A stretch of DNA of 64,000 bases. It comes from an uncultured Gemmatimonadaceae bacterium. GTDB lineage: Bacteria > Gemmatimonadota > Gemmatimonadetes > Gemmatimonadales > Gemmatimonadaceae. Numbering within the stretch: position 1 is the stretch's first letter; each line of letters begins with the position of its first letter. The notes below the pieces were generated by a model. That model worked only from the letters and a program-made list of their open reading frames with translations. It did not search any database and was not told the DNA's origin. The stretch is from assembly GCA_963790305.1 (NCBI GenBank), contig CAWBOC010000009.1, forward strand, positions 512,001 to 576,000, read 5' to 3'. Made by a program: the position numbers and the translations under genes. Positions 10,925 to 20,409 of the stretch are shown one piece after another.

Positions 10925-10932
10925 CGGCGACG

Positions 10933-11418
10933 CTACAACTGCGCGATTCGTTCCTTGCCTAACGTGCGTCGCACGTATCCCATCTGGCCAATGTGGTAGC
11001 CTTCGTGAAACAGCGCAAACACGATGGCCCCACGCAACGTCCCGTCGGTGGAGGGGATCTTCACCTGGAGATCCCCCTGGAGGTCGCCGTCGCTCATCGC
11101 TCCAAGGCGCGTGCGCAGGGCCATCCCGGCGGTCTCCCAGGCGCGACGAATCTCGGCCAATGCGGGATACTGTTCGCTGCCCGGAGCAGGCACGTCCCGC
11201 TTGAACAGCGAAGGCCATGGGACCTCCTGCTCCGCCCCGAGCAATCGCGCGAGCCGGACACGACTCTGCGCCAGGTGGCCTGCCATCCACACCATCGGAT
11301 TTGCGTTGGGGCAAGGCGCCCGGGTCAAATCTGCCGGATCGAGATCGTGCAACGCCTTCGCGTACAGGTTGTCCACGACGTCCATGAGGCCCAGCACGTG
11401 CGCGATGGCGTGATCCAT
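10933..11418 (-). CDS. DinB-family protein
   Basis: NPMVWMAGHL and HEGYHIGQ His-triad pattern. Confidence 0.85.
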   Translation of the reverse strand: MDHAIAHVLGLMDVVDNLYAKALHDLDPADLTRAPCPNANPMVWMAGHLAQSRVRLARLLGAEQEVPWPSLFKRDVPAPGSEQYPALAEIRRAWETAGMALRTRLGAMSDGDLQGDLQVKIPSTDGTLRGAIVFALFHEGYHIGQMGYVRRTLGKERIAQL

Positions 11419-11469
11419 GGCTGTTCCGGGTAGGGGTGCGCCTGAGCTAGTCTCAGATATAACGCACAC

Positions 11470-11510
11470 GATGCGGGCGAAAGATCCGTGTCGGATCCTC
11501 CGCCCGCATC
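11470..11510. terminator. Hairpin/terminator downstream of the small membrane protein gene
   Basis: GATGCGGGCG..GATCCG-tgt-CGGATC..CGCCCGCATC. Confidence 0.5.
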
Positions 11511-11534
11511 TATTCTCCCAGGAAACGCCGGCCG

Positions 11535-11759
11535 CTAGGCCGTCGGACCGCTCCAGCGCTCCCGCAGCCGTCGAGCCGTATCAGGGCTCACAATGCGGAT
11601 GACGAGGTAGACGATCAACCCGACGATCGCGATCCGAATCGCGAGGCCAAGAAGAAAGAGCGCGAGACCAATGAGGCCCTTGAGAATGCCGAACACGAAG
11701 CTGAGGAGGAAAAGCCCCAGCACGGCCAGCGCGCCAATCGTGAAAATTGTACGAAGCAT
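11535..11759 (-). CDS. Small membrane protein (74 aa)
   Basis: Two long hydrophobic helices; GGAG upstream. Confidence 0.72.
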   Translation of the reverse strand: MLRTIFTIGALAVLGLFLLSFVFGILKGLIGLALFLLGLAIRIAIVGLIVYLVIRIVSPDTARRLRERWSGPTA

Positions 11760-11783
11760 CTGTGTGAGCTCCAGGCGGTTGCT

Positions 11784-12894
11784 GTGAGTACTACGCGCGA
11801 GACGCGCGGGGTGTTTCAGCCCAATGTCGTCGTCGTAGGTGGCGGGCTCATCGGCCTCGCCTGCGCGGCCGCGGTAGCGCGAGAGGGTCTCCGTGTCCTG
11901 GTCGTTTCATCGAGCCACCCAGGCGCCGCATCCCCGGCCTCGGCCGGGATTCTCGCGCCAAGCGTGGCCAACATCGGCCACCAAGGACGCGCGCTTGGCA
12001 TCGCGGCTCGCGATCTGTATCCCCGATACCTCGAGGCGCTCTCGGCCCGCACCGGACTCCAGGTCCCGCTCGATCGCTCTGGCGTCCTGGAGGTCGCGTT
12101 CAACGAGGCGGAAGCCGCTATCCTGCGCGCCAGCCTGCAGAGCGGGACAGAGTGGATCGACGCAACGCAGCTCGGGGAGATGGAGCCCTTGCTCGCACCC
12201 GCCGCCGGAGCGGCGCTGCACAACCACAATGGCGTCGTCGACGCGGCCGCCCTTCTGGCGGCGGCGAGGGCGGATTGCGAGCGAGATCCGCGCATCTCGC
12301 TGACCGATGGCCGCGTGATTCGAATCGACGCGGCGCAGCGGCCGATCGCGGTCCAGCTCGAAGATGGCGTCCGGCTCGAAGCCGACAATGTCGTCCTCGC
12401 CGCGGGAGCGTGGGTGGGATCGATTCGGGGGCTTCCCCTCCCGCTCCCCGTCACGCCCGTCCGCGGGCAGATACTGGAGCTCGAAGGTCCGCGACTGCGC
12501 CACGTGGTGATGGGGGCGGGCGGCTACGTGGCCCCGCGCGGGACGCGGTCCCTCGTCGGCAGCACTATGGAGCACGTTGGGTTCGACGCACGAGCCACCC
12601 CGGAGGCCGCGGTACTGATCCGTGAGATCGCGAGAGGGCTATCTCCATCGGTGGCGTCCGGCGCCGCAGTTGGCCACTGGGCGGGGCTCCGTCCGGTTAC
12701 CCCGGACCTCCTTCCAATCCTAGGGGCAGATCCGGAAGTCCCAGGATTGTTCTACGCGTGCGGCCACTCGAAAAACGGCGTGCTCCTCGCACCGCTCACG
12801 GCGCACATCATCGGCCAGCTGGTGGCCCATGGGTCGACCTCCATCGAATGCGTCGCCGTACGCACCCGACCGGTTCGGCGAGGCGAATCGTTAG
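11784..12894 (+). CDS. FAD-dependent oxidoreductase, glycine oxidase ThiO/DAO family (apparent +1 frameshift at ~12847)
   Basis: GGGLIG, ASAGIL, WAGLRP and GHSKNGVLLAP motifs. Removing one A from ATCGAATGCG gives the typical ending DASPYAPDRFGEANR* at 12892-12894. Confidence 0.85.
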
Positions 12895-13127
12895 GCGCGA
12901 CCCTTCTCGCGGCCAGCGGGTCGGACGGCACGACGAGTGCGGTTTCAGGAGCGATCGAAGAGGACCAGCCGGGCGGCATAACCGACGATTCAGCCGAAAA
13001 AGGGTTAGCAACTGCTACCGAAGCCAACCGCAACGGGATAGCTTACCGCTTCGTCGACGCGAACGCGGGTAACCGGCCACGACGACCCTGCGTTTCCACT
13101 TCCGGACCCTTCAAACCCGGGACGACA

Positions 13128-14045
13128 TTGGCCGATACGCTCTACCAGATACTTGGCCGTCGGCGAGCGGACCCCCTCCCCGAGCGGAAGCCCTCGTGGC
13201 TCAAGGTGCGCGCGCCCGGCGGGCCGAACTACTCGCGACTCAAGCACCTCATGCGGGAGCTCGACCTCCACACGGTCTGCGAGGAGGCCCACTGCCCCAA
13301 TGTCGGCGAATGCTGGGAGCATGGCACGGCCACGTTCATGGTCCTCGGCGACGTCTGCACCCGCAACTGCGCTTACTGCGCCGTCGCGCATGGGCGGCCG
13401 CCGAAGTACGACATTGAGGAGCCGGCGCGTGTCGCGCAGGCGATCGCCGAGATGCGCCTGCGCCATGCCGTGATTACGTCGGTCGACCGCGACGATCTCC
13501 CCGACTTTGGGGCGTATGTCTTCGCCGAAACCATCCGGCAAATTCATGAGCAGGTTCCGGGGTGCTCCGTCGAAGTGCTGGTGCCAGACTTCCAGGGAAA
13601 CGAAGGCAGCATGCGCACCGTGCTCGACGCGCGACCGGAGATCTACAACCACAACACGGAAACGGTGCCTCGCCTGTACAAGCGCTGCCGTCCCGGCGGA
13701 CGCTACGAGCGCGTCATGCGCATTTTCCGCTACGTGAAGTCGTATGCCCCCGACATTCCCACCAAGACGGGAATCATCCTCGGGATGGGCGAGACGATCG
13801 AAGAGGTGCTGGTCACGATGCGAGACCTCCGTGAGGTCGACGTCGATATCCTCACCCTGGGTCAGTACCTCCGCCCGTCGGCTGACCACATCCCTCTCGA
13901 CCGCTACGTCACGCCGGACGAGTTCGCCCTCCTTCGCCAGGAAGGGCTGGCGATGGGCTTCAAGCACGTGGAGTCGGGACCCCTCGTTCGGTCCAGCTAT
14001 CACGCCTGGGAGCAGGTGCAGGCCGCGAATCTGGTGACCCCATGA
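13128..14045 (+). CDS. lipA: Lipoyl synthase
   Basis: CEEAHCPNVGEC, radical-SAM CTRNCAYC and VRSSY motifs; probable TTG start. Confidence 0.96.
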   Translation: MADTLYQILGRRRADPLPERKPSWLKVRAPGGPNYSRLKHLMRELDLHTVCEEAHCPNVGECWEHGTATFMVLGDVCTRNCAYCAVAHGRPPKYDIEEPARVAQAIAEMRLRHAVITSVDRDDLPDFGAYVFAETIRQIHEQVPGCSVEVLVPDFQGNEGSMRTVLDARPEIYNHNTETVPRLYKRCRPGGRYERVMRIFRYVKSYAPDIPTKTGIILGMGETIEEVLVTMRDLREVDVDILTLGQYLRPSADHIPLDRYVTPDEFALLRQEGLAMGFKHVESGPLVRSSYHAWEQVQAANLVTP

Positions 14046-14125
14046 GAGACGTGAGCCGTTCACGCCGCCGTTCCCCTGCGCGCAGCGCGGGCGACGCTGG
14101 CGCATCGAATTCCACGACGACTGAC

Positions 14126-15160
14126 ATGCCACAGAAGAAAGGCAGCGAGCAGAACGGTGCGAGCGGGTCCATCGACGCCGCGGCGCGTGGTGACGCGGCG
14201 CTCCGCCGCGACCTGCTTCGGGAGATGCTGCTCATTCGGCGCTTCGAGGAGCGGTGCGCCGAGGCGTACGCGATCGGCAAGATCGGCGGCTTTTGCCACC
14301 TCTACATCGGCCAGGAGGGCGTTGGCGTCGGAGCTATCTCGACATTGCGTGACGATGACTACGTGATCGCGAGCTACCGCGAGCACGGTCAGGCGCTCGC
14401 GAAAGGGATTACCCCGCGCGCGATCATGGCGGAGCTCTTCGGCCGTGCCAATGGCTGCTCCAAGGGCAAGGGCGGGTCGATGCATCTCTTCGACCGCAAC
14501 GTGAACTTCCTGGGCGGACATGGCATCGTCGGCGGGCATCTTCCCATCGCGACCGGCGTCGGCTTCGCGATCAAGTACCGGGGCGGCGACCAGGTGTGCG
14601 TGTGCTTCTTCGGAGAGGCGGCCGTCAACAACGGCGCATTCCACGAGGCGCTCAACATGGCGGCGCTCTGGAAGCTGCCGGTGATTTATCTCATCGAGAA
14701 CAACCGGTACGGCATGGGCACCGCGCTCGAGCGTGCGTCGGCCATCAATGACATCGCCGAGCGTGCGTGCTCGTACGACATGCCGAGCGAGGTTGTGGAC
14801 GGGCAGGATGTCCTGGCGGTGCGTGCGGCGACCATGCGCGCGCTTCAGCGCGCTCGAAGCGAATCGATCCCGACGTTGCTCGAGGTGCGCACGTACCGGT
14901 TCATGGGCCATTCAATGTCCGATGCGGTGAGCGGAACGTACCGCAGCAAGGAAGAGCTCGAAGAGCACATGAAGCGGGATCCGATCGTCGTCCTGCGCAT
15001 GATCATGGAGCAGGAAGACGGCTGGACCGACGCCGACATGTCGAAGCTCGACGAGGAGCTCAAGGCGGTCGTTCAGGACGCCTGGGACTTTGCCGACGCG
15101 AGCCCGGAGCCTCCTCTCGAGGCGCTGTACGAGGACGTCTTCGTCGACACCACCTCCTGA
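14126..15160 (+). CDS. pdhA: Pyruvate dehydrogenase E1 alpha subunit
   Basis: GFCHLYIGQE, YREHG, GKGGSMH and YRFMGHSMSD motifs; start could be 14042. Confidence 0.95.
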   Translation: MPQKKGSEQNGASGSIDAAARGDAALRRDLLREMLLIRRFEERCAEAYAIGKIGGFCHLYIGQEGVGVGAISTLRDDDYVIASYREHGQALAKGITPRAIMAELFGRANGCSKGKGGSMHLFDRNVNFLGGHGIVGGHLPIATGVGFAIKYRGGDQVCVCFFGEAAVNNGAFHEALNMAALWKLPVIYLIENNRYGMGTALERASAINDIAERACSYDMPSEVVDGQDVLAVRAATMRALQRARSESIPTLLEVRTYRFMGHSMSDAVSGTYRSKEELEEHMKRDPIVVLRMIMEQEDGWTDADMSKLDEELKAVVQDAWDFADASPEPPLEALYEDVFVDTTS

Positions 15161-15171
15161 TCACCAAGACC

Positions 15172-16155
15172 ATGCCGATCATCACGTATCGCGACGCCTT
15201 GAACCAGGCACTCCGCGAGGAGCTGCAGCGGGACGACCGCGTCTTCCTCATGGGTGAGGAAGTGGGCGTGTATCAGGGCGCCTACAAGGTCTCGAAGGGG
15301 ATGCTCCAGGAGTTCGGTGAGATGCGCGTGGTCGACACGCCGATCACCGAGCTGGGATTCGCTGGCGTGGGGGTAGGCGCCGCAATGGTGGGTCTCCGGC
15401 CGATCATTGAGTTCATGACCTGGAATTTCGCGCTCCTCGCGCTCGATCAGGTCGTCAACTCCGCCGCGAAGATGCTGTCCATGTCGGGCGGACAGTATCC
15501 CATGGCAATGGTGTTCCGCGGGCCTAACGGGGCGGCGCTTCAGCTTTCGGCGCAGCACTCGCAAGCATGGGAGTCGTGGCTCGCGCACATTCCGGGGCTC
15601 AAGGTCGTTGCGCCCGGAACGCCTTACGACGCGAAGGGGTTGCTGAAGAGCGCGATTCGGGACGACAACCCGGTCATCGTGCTCGAGGGCGAGATGCTCT
15701 ACAACACGAAGGGCGAGGTTCCCGACAACGAGGAAGTGATCGTGCCGCTCGGCCAGGCGGAGGTGAAACGCGAAGGGGCCGACGTCTCTTTCATCACGTG
15801 GGGAAAGATGGTGCTGGTCGCGCAGCAGGCCGCCGAGCAGCTCGCCAAGGAGAACATCGCGGCAGAGATCGTCGACCTTCGCACCCTGGCTCCGATGGAC
15901 GCCGACGCGATCGCGACCTCGGTAAGCAAGACGAACCGCGCCGTCGTGCTGGAGGAGGGATGGTCGGTCGCCGGATTCGGGGCGCACGTGGCTGATTTCG
16001 TCCAGCGCGAGTGCTTCGATGATCTCGACGCGCCGGTCCTCCGCGTCCACCAGGAAGACGTGCCGATGCCATACGCCAAGAATCTCGAGCGGGCCGCGAA
16101 GCCGGACGCGAAGAAGGCGGTCGCGGCGGCGCGAAAGGTCCTGTACCTCGACTAG
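15172..16155 (+). CDS. pdhB: Pyruvate dehydrogenase E1 beta subunit
   Basis: GEEVGVYQGAYKV, DTPITE, EFMTWNF and AQHSQ motifs. Confidence 0.95.
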   Translation: MPIITYRDALNQALREELQRDDRVFLMGEEVGVYQGAYKVSKGMLQEFGEMRVVDTPITELGFAGVGVGAAMVGLRPIIEFMTWNFALLALDQVVNSAAKMLSMSGGQYPMAMVFRGPNGAALQLSAQHSQAWESWLAHIPGLKVVAPGTPYDAKGLLKSAIRDDNPVIVLEGEMLYNTKGEVPDNEEVIVPLGQAEVKREGADVSFITWGKMVLVAQQAAEQLAKENIAAEIVDLRTLAPMDADAIATSVSKTNRAVVLEEGWSVAGFGAHVADFVQRECFDDLDAPVLRVHQEDVPMPYAKNLERAAKPDAKKAVAAARKVLYLD

Positions 16156-16161
16156 GAGAGA

Positions 16162-16216
16162 CGAATACGGAATACGGAATGCGGTTACCGCGTTCCGCAC
16201 TCCGCATTCCGCACTC
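16162..16216. repeat. Inverted heptamer tandem-repeat element
   Basis: GAATACG GAATACG GAATGCG ... TTCCGCA CTCCGCA TTCCGCA between pdhB and pdhC. Confidence 0.85.
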
Positions 16217-16224
16217 AGATACCC

Positions 16225-17580
16225 ATGGCTACCAAGGTCGTGATGGAGGCGCTCTCCCCCACCATGGAGGAGGGGCGCCTGGTGAAGTGGCTGAAGAACG
16301 AGGGCGACAAGATCGCGTCGGGCGAAACGCTCGCCGAAGTCGAGACCGACAAGGCGGTGATGGAGCTGGTCGCGCGCGGCGAAGGCGTGCTGCGCAAGCG
16401 ACTGCTCGGTGAAGGGGCGACGGCGCCCGTGGGGCAGCTGGTGGCTGTCATCGCTGCGCCTGACGAGAACATCAATGCGCTGATCGGGGGGGCCGGCACT
16501 GCCGACGCCAAGCCCGCCGAGGAGGTCGTGGCGAAGACGGAGGAAACCGCGGGCGCATCGTCGGCGCCTCGGACGACCGAGCAGTCGCAGGGCGAGGCGT
16601 CGACGCCGCCGCAGCAGAAGGTGCCAGCCTTTCGAAAGGGTACGGCCGCGCCGAAGGGCCAGGTGCCGCCGAGCCCTGCGCCCGCGACCGAGCAACCGCG
16701 CGACGGCGGCAACGGCGAAGGCCGCGCACGCACGTCGCCGCTGGCACGGCGGCTGGCGAACGAGCGCGGTCTCGACCTTCAGAACGTCCGAGGGAGCGGG
16801 CCAGGCGGAAGGATCATCAAGCGCGACATCGAAGCCGCGGTCGCCGGCGGCGGCACCGCGCAGCCCGCGGCCGCGGCACCGGCTCCGACCCGCGAAGGGG
16901 ACTTCAACGACGTCCCCCTCACGCAGATGCGGAAGACGATCGCGCGGCGGCTGTCCGAGTCGCTCGGCCCCATCCCGACGTTCTATCTCACCGCCGAGTT
17001 CGACATGGACCGCGTGTCCGAGATGCGCGCCGCGATGGTGGAGTTGGGAGACGAATTCAAGGTATCGGTGAACGACATCGTCATGAAAGCGGTCGCGACG
17101 GCTCTCGCGCTTCATCCGGAAGTCAACGCCCACTGGCTCGGTGATCGCATCCGCTACTTCAACCGCGTACACCTCGGGATGGCGGTGGCCGTGGAAGACG
17201 GACTGATCACCCCAGTCGTCTTCGACGCCGATCGCAAGCGCATGAGCGAGATTTCTCGTGAGGCACGCGAGTTGGCCAAGCGGGCGCGCGACCGCCGCCT
17301 CAAGCCGGATGAATACATGGGCGCCACGTTCTCCGTGTCGAACCTGGGCATGTTCGGCATCGAGCACTTCACTGCGATCATCAACCCGCCCGAAACGGCC
17401 ATTCTCGCGATCGGCGCCGTCGAGCGCAGGCCCGTGTACATCAACGGCGAGCTGGTCGCGCGCCAGCGCATGAGCGTGACGATGAGCTGCGATCACCGCG
17501 TGATTGATGGCGCCACCGGCGCGCGCTTCCTCCAGACACTGCGTCGGATGCTCGAGAATCCGTTGATGCTGGTGTACTAA
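16225..17580 (+). CDS. pdhC: Dihydrolipoamide acetyltransferase (PDH E2)
   Basis: Single lipoyl domain (EVETDKA), E3-binding SPLARRLA...GSGPGGRI, catalytic DHRVIDG. Confidence 0.95.
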   Translation: MATKVVMEALSPTMEEGRLVKWLKNEGDKIASGETLAEVETDKAVMELVARGEGVLRKRLLGEGATAPVGQLVAVIAAPDENINALIGGAGTADAKPAEEVVAKTEETAGASSAPRTTEQSQGEASTPPQQKVPAFRKGTAAPKGQVPPSPAPATEQPRDGGNGEGRARTSPLARRLANERGLDLQNVRGSGPGGRIIKRDIEAAVAGGGTAQPAAAAPAPTREGDFNDVPLTQMRKTIARRLSESLGPIPTFYLTAEFDMDRVSEMRAAMVELGDEFKVSVNDIVMKAVATALALHPEVNAHWLGDRIRYFNRVHLGMAVAVEDGLITPVVFDADRKRMSEISREARELAKRARDRRLKPDEYMGATFSVSNLGMFGIEHFTAIINPPETAILAIGAVERRPVYINGELVARQRMSVTMSCDHRVIDGATGARFLQTLRRMLENPLMLVY

Positions 17581-17581
17581 A

Positions 17582-17646
17582 CGCGATTGCGGAATGCGGA
17601 ACGCGGAATCTGTAATGACGTCCGCATTCCGCAATCCGCATTCGGC
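17582..17646. repeat. Inverted heptamer tandem-repeat element
   Basis: GATTGCG GAATGCG GAACGCG GAAT ... TCCGCAT TCCGCAA TCCGCAT between pdhC and lpdA. Confidence 0.85.
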
Positions 17647-17670
17647 AACCAACAATCTCCGAAATAATCC

Positions 17671-19074
17671 ATGGCCTCGTTTGACGTGATTTTCATCGGC
17701 GGCGGACCCGCGGGGTACGTCGGCGCCATTCGCTGTGCACAGCTCGGACTCTCCGTCGCCGTGTTCGAGAAGGAGAAGCTCGGTGGCACGTGTGTCGTCA
17801 TTGGGTGCATTCCCGCCAAGGCGATGCTGGAGGCCGCCAACCTCGCCAACCACGTTCGACATGCCAAGGAGTTCGGCGTCAACGTGGGGGACGTCTCGTT
17901 CGATTACGGCGTGGCCATGAAACGATCTCGTGGCGTGAGCGATCAGAACGTGAAGGGCGTCGAATTCCTGTTCAAGAAAAACAAGGTGACGTGGACGAAG
18001 GGCACTGCACGTCTCGGTGGCGGGAACTCCGTCGTCGTAAAGACGGCCGATGGCAAGGAGGAGAAGCACGACGCGAAAAAGGGAATCGTCATCGCCACTG
18101 GCTCACGGGTAAAAGGGCTTCCGCAAGTTGGCCTGGAGCTCAACAAGAAGACCGTCATTTCCTCTGACGAGGCGCTCCTGCTCGAGAAGGCGCCGAAATC
18201 GATGGCGGTCATCGGCGCGGGAGCAGTGGGATGCGAGCTCGCGGACGTCTTCAACGCCTTCGGCACCGAGGTCACGCTCATTGAGGTGATGCCCAACATC
18301 CTTCCCCTCGAGGATGCCGAGGTGTCGACCACGCTCGCACGCGTGTTCAAGAAGCGCGGCATCACCGTCATCGCCGGCGCGAAGATCGGCAACGTGAAGG
18401 TTGGCAAGGACTCGGTGGCGATGTCGCTGGAGTCCGGCGGCGCGAAGAGTGATCTCAAGGTCAATGTGGTGCTTGTCGCTGCGGGGCGGGCACCGGTCGT
18501 CGAGGATATCGGGCTGAAGGAAGCCGGCGTGCAGCTGACCGAGCGCGGATTCATCAAGATCGACGACCAGTTCCGCACCGCGGCCAAGGGCGTTTTCGCG
18601 ATTGGCGACGTCGCCGGTCCGCCGATGCTCGCCCATAAAGGGTCGCGCGAAGGGATCGCGCTCGCCGAACAGCTTGCTGGCAAGCACGCGCACCCGGTCA
18701 ACTACGGGAACATTCCGAACGCGACCTACTGTCATCCCGAAGTCGCATCGATCGGCCTTACCGAGCAGCAGTGCAAGGACAAGAAGCTGGAATACAAGGT
18801 CGGGAAGTTCCCGTTCTCCGCGAATGGCCGCGCTCGCACCAGCGGCGAGACGGACGGCTTCGTGAAGATCATTCGCGATGCGAAGTACGGCGAGATTCTC
18901 GGCGCGCACATCATCGGCCCACACGCGACCGAGCTCATCCATGAGCTGGCGGTGGCGCGCGAGAACGAATTCACGGTCGAGGAGATCGATCTCGCCGTCC
19001 ACGCCCATCCCACGCTGTCAGAGGCGGTGGCGGAGGCGGCGCTGGACTCGATGGGGAGGATGATCCACGCGTGA
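17671..19074 (+). CDS. lpdA: Dihydrolipoyl dehydrogenase (E3)
   Basis: GGGPAG, GGTCVVIGCIP redox motif, GAGAVG, HAHPTLSE. Confidence 0.96.
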   Translation: MASFDVIFIGGGPAGYVGAIRCAQLGLSVAVFEKEKLGGTCVVIGCIPAKAMLEAANLANHVRHAKEFGVNVGDVSFDYGVAMKRSRGVSDQNVKGVEFLFKKNKVTWTKGTARLGGGNSVVVKTADGKEEKHDAKKGIVIATGSRVKGLPQVGLELNKKTVISSDEALLLEKAPKSMAVIGAGAVGCELADVFNAFGTEVTLIEVMPNILPLEDAEVSTTLARVFKKRGITVIAGAKIGNVKVGKDSVAMSLESGGAKSDLKVNVVLVAAGRAPVVEDIGLKEAGVQLTERGFIKIDDQFRTAAKGVFAIGDVAGPPMLAHKGSREGIALAEQLAGKHAHPVNYGNIPNATYCHPEVASIGLTEQQCKDKKLEYKVGKFPFSANGRARTSGETDGFVKIIRDAKYGEILGAHIIGPHATELIHELAVARENEFTVEEIDLAVHAHPTLSEAVAEAALDSMGRMIHA

Positions 19075-19105
19075 TCGCGCCCACGGCGCTCTCCGAGCCG
19101 GAGCT

Positions 19106-19786
19106 ATGCAGCTTCTGACCACGCAGCTCGGCACCGTCCCGTACGCGATCGCCCTGGAGCTCCAGCGCGATATCGCGCGGCGTCGCATCACGGGAGAGAT
19201 CGACGAGGACGTGCTGCTCCTGCTCGAGCACCCGCCGGTAGTGACGCTCGGTCGTACCGCGAAGGAGGCACATATCATCTCCTCGCCCGAGCGTCTGCGT
19301 GCGCGCGGCGTCGAGGTGCACGAGGTCGAGCGCGGCGGCGACGTCACGTTCCACGGCCCTGGTCAGCTCGTGGGCTACCCTATCTTCGATCTCAAGCGAC
19401 ACCGGCAGGATCTTCACTGGTATCTGCGCCAGGTCGAGGAAGCGCTCATTGTCGCGCTTGGCGCAGTCGGGATCGACGCCGATCGTCACCCCGGCTACAC
19501 CGGCGTGTGGACGCACGGACGGAAGATCGCTTCGATCGGAGTCCATGCTCGCGACTGGGTGACCTGGCACGGTTTCGCGCTCAACGTGACGACCGATCTG
19601 TCCTTTTTCGATCTGATCGTCCCCTGCGGTATTCCGCAGGTGCAAATGACCTCCGTGGCTCGCGAGCTCGCAGCCGACATGACGGTCGATCGTATGTCCG
19701 CCATCGTCGCGGACGCATTCGGCCAGGTCTTCAGCCTCGAACCGCGCGACGTCGGTCGAGAGATGCTCGAGCCCGTGCCGCGCTGA
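19106..19786 (+). CDS. lipB: Lipoyl(octanoyl) transferase
   Basis: EHPPVVTLG, RGGDVTFHGPGQLVGYP, KIASIG, HGFALNV and IVPCG motifs. Confidence 0.95.
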   Translation: MQLLTTQLGTVPYAIALELQRDIARRRITGEIDEDVLLLLEHPPVVTLGRTAKEAHIISSPERLRARGVEVHEVERGGDVTFHGPGQLVGYPIFDLKRHRQDLHWYLRQVEEALIVALGAVGIDADRHPGYTGVWTHGRKIASIGVHARDWVTWHGFALNVTTDLSFFDLIVPCGIPQVQMTSVARELAADMTVDRMSAIVADAFGQVFSLEPRDVGREMLEPVPR

Positions 19787-19929
19787 CCGCGCGCCCCCTT
19801 CCCCTCGCCTCTGTTCGAACGCGCTTCCCCGCATGTCACTGGAACCTCGCGCCGCAGCATCCTAGCGTGATCGGTCCGGCGCCAGCATGACTCGCGCAGT
19901 CGCGCCGGTGATCCGAGCAAGGAGGGGCG

Positions 19930-20331
19930 ATGCTCTCGTTTCGTGCGTTGCCGACCCTGCTGATCGGCCTCGCGCTCACGGGGTGTGGCTCGTCAGGCGG
20001 CACCGAGCCACCGCCTGCTCCGGGAGGCGGCCCCACCGGGGGAGGCAATACCGGTGTCACCGTGACCGTCAGCAACAATGACTACTCCCCGGGCCAGGTC
20101 TCGGTCGCGCCCGGCACGACGGTCACGTGGCGGTGGGACAGCTGCAGCGGCGACGGCTATGGCGGGCAGGTGTGCGTCGCTCACAGCGTCACGTTCGACG
20201 ACGGTGGGCCGAGTTCGGCGGCCCGGAACGATGGGTCGTTCGCGCGGTCGTTCAGCAACGCCGGGACCTTCACGTATTACTGCACGTCGCACGGGCGGGC
20301 GGCGATGGCGGGGAGCGTCGTGGTCCAATAG
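19930..20331 (+). CDS. Plastocyanin/cupredoxin-type copper-binding lipoprotein
   Basis: Lipobox LTGC; type-1 Cu ligand pattern H (AHSV) ... YYCTSH...M; GGAGG RBS. Confidence 0.85.
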   Translation: MLSFRALPTLLIGLALTGCGSSGGTEPPPAPGGGPTGGGNTGVTVTVSNNDYSPGQVSVAPGTTVTWRWDSCSGDGYGGQVCVAHSVTFDDGGPSSAARNDGSFARSFSNAGTFTYYCTSHGRAAMAGSVVVQ

Positions 20332-20357
20332 CGCGGTAGAACGTTCCGATGCGGGAT

Positions 20358-20391
20358 GAAGCGCGGAGCCTCCGTCACGGCTCCGCGCTTC
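20358..20391 (+). terminator. 13-bp perfect hairpin after the cupredoxin gene
   Basis: GAAGCGCGGAGCC-tccgtcac-GGCTCCGCGCTTC. Confidence 0.6.
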
Positions 20392-20409
20392 GACGTATAT
20401 TCACCCGCG

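Noticed and set aside
13003..13019. CIRCE element upstream of lipA
   Set aside because: TTAGCA matches only part of a half-site and the 9-nt spacer geometry is absent
11784..14045. 753-aa ThiO-LipA fusion
   Set aside because: An extra A at ~12847 causes read-through of a 230-bp intergenic region; the corrected frame ends with a normal oxidase C-terminus
15073..18069. 998-aa antisense ORF and the many other long shadow ORFs
   Set aside because: They lie opposite or out of frame with well-conserved genes, are Arg/His-rich without motifs, and are expected in high-GC DNA
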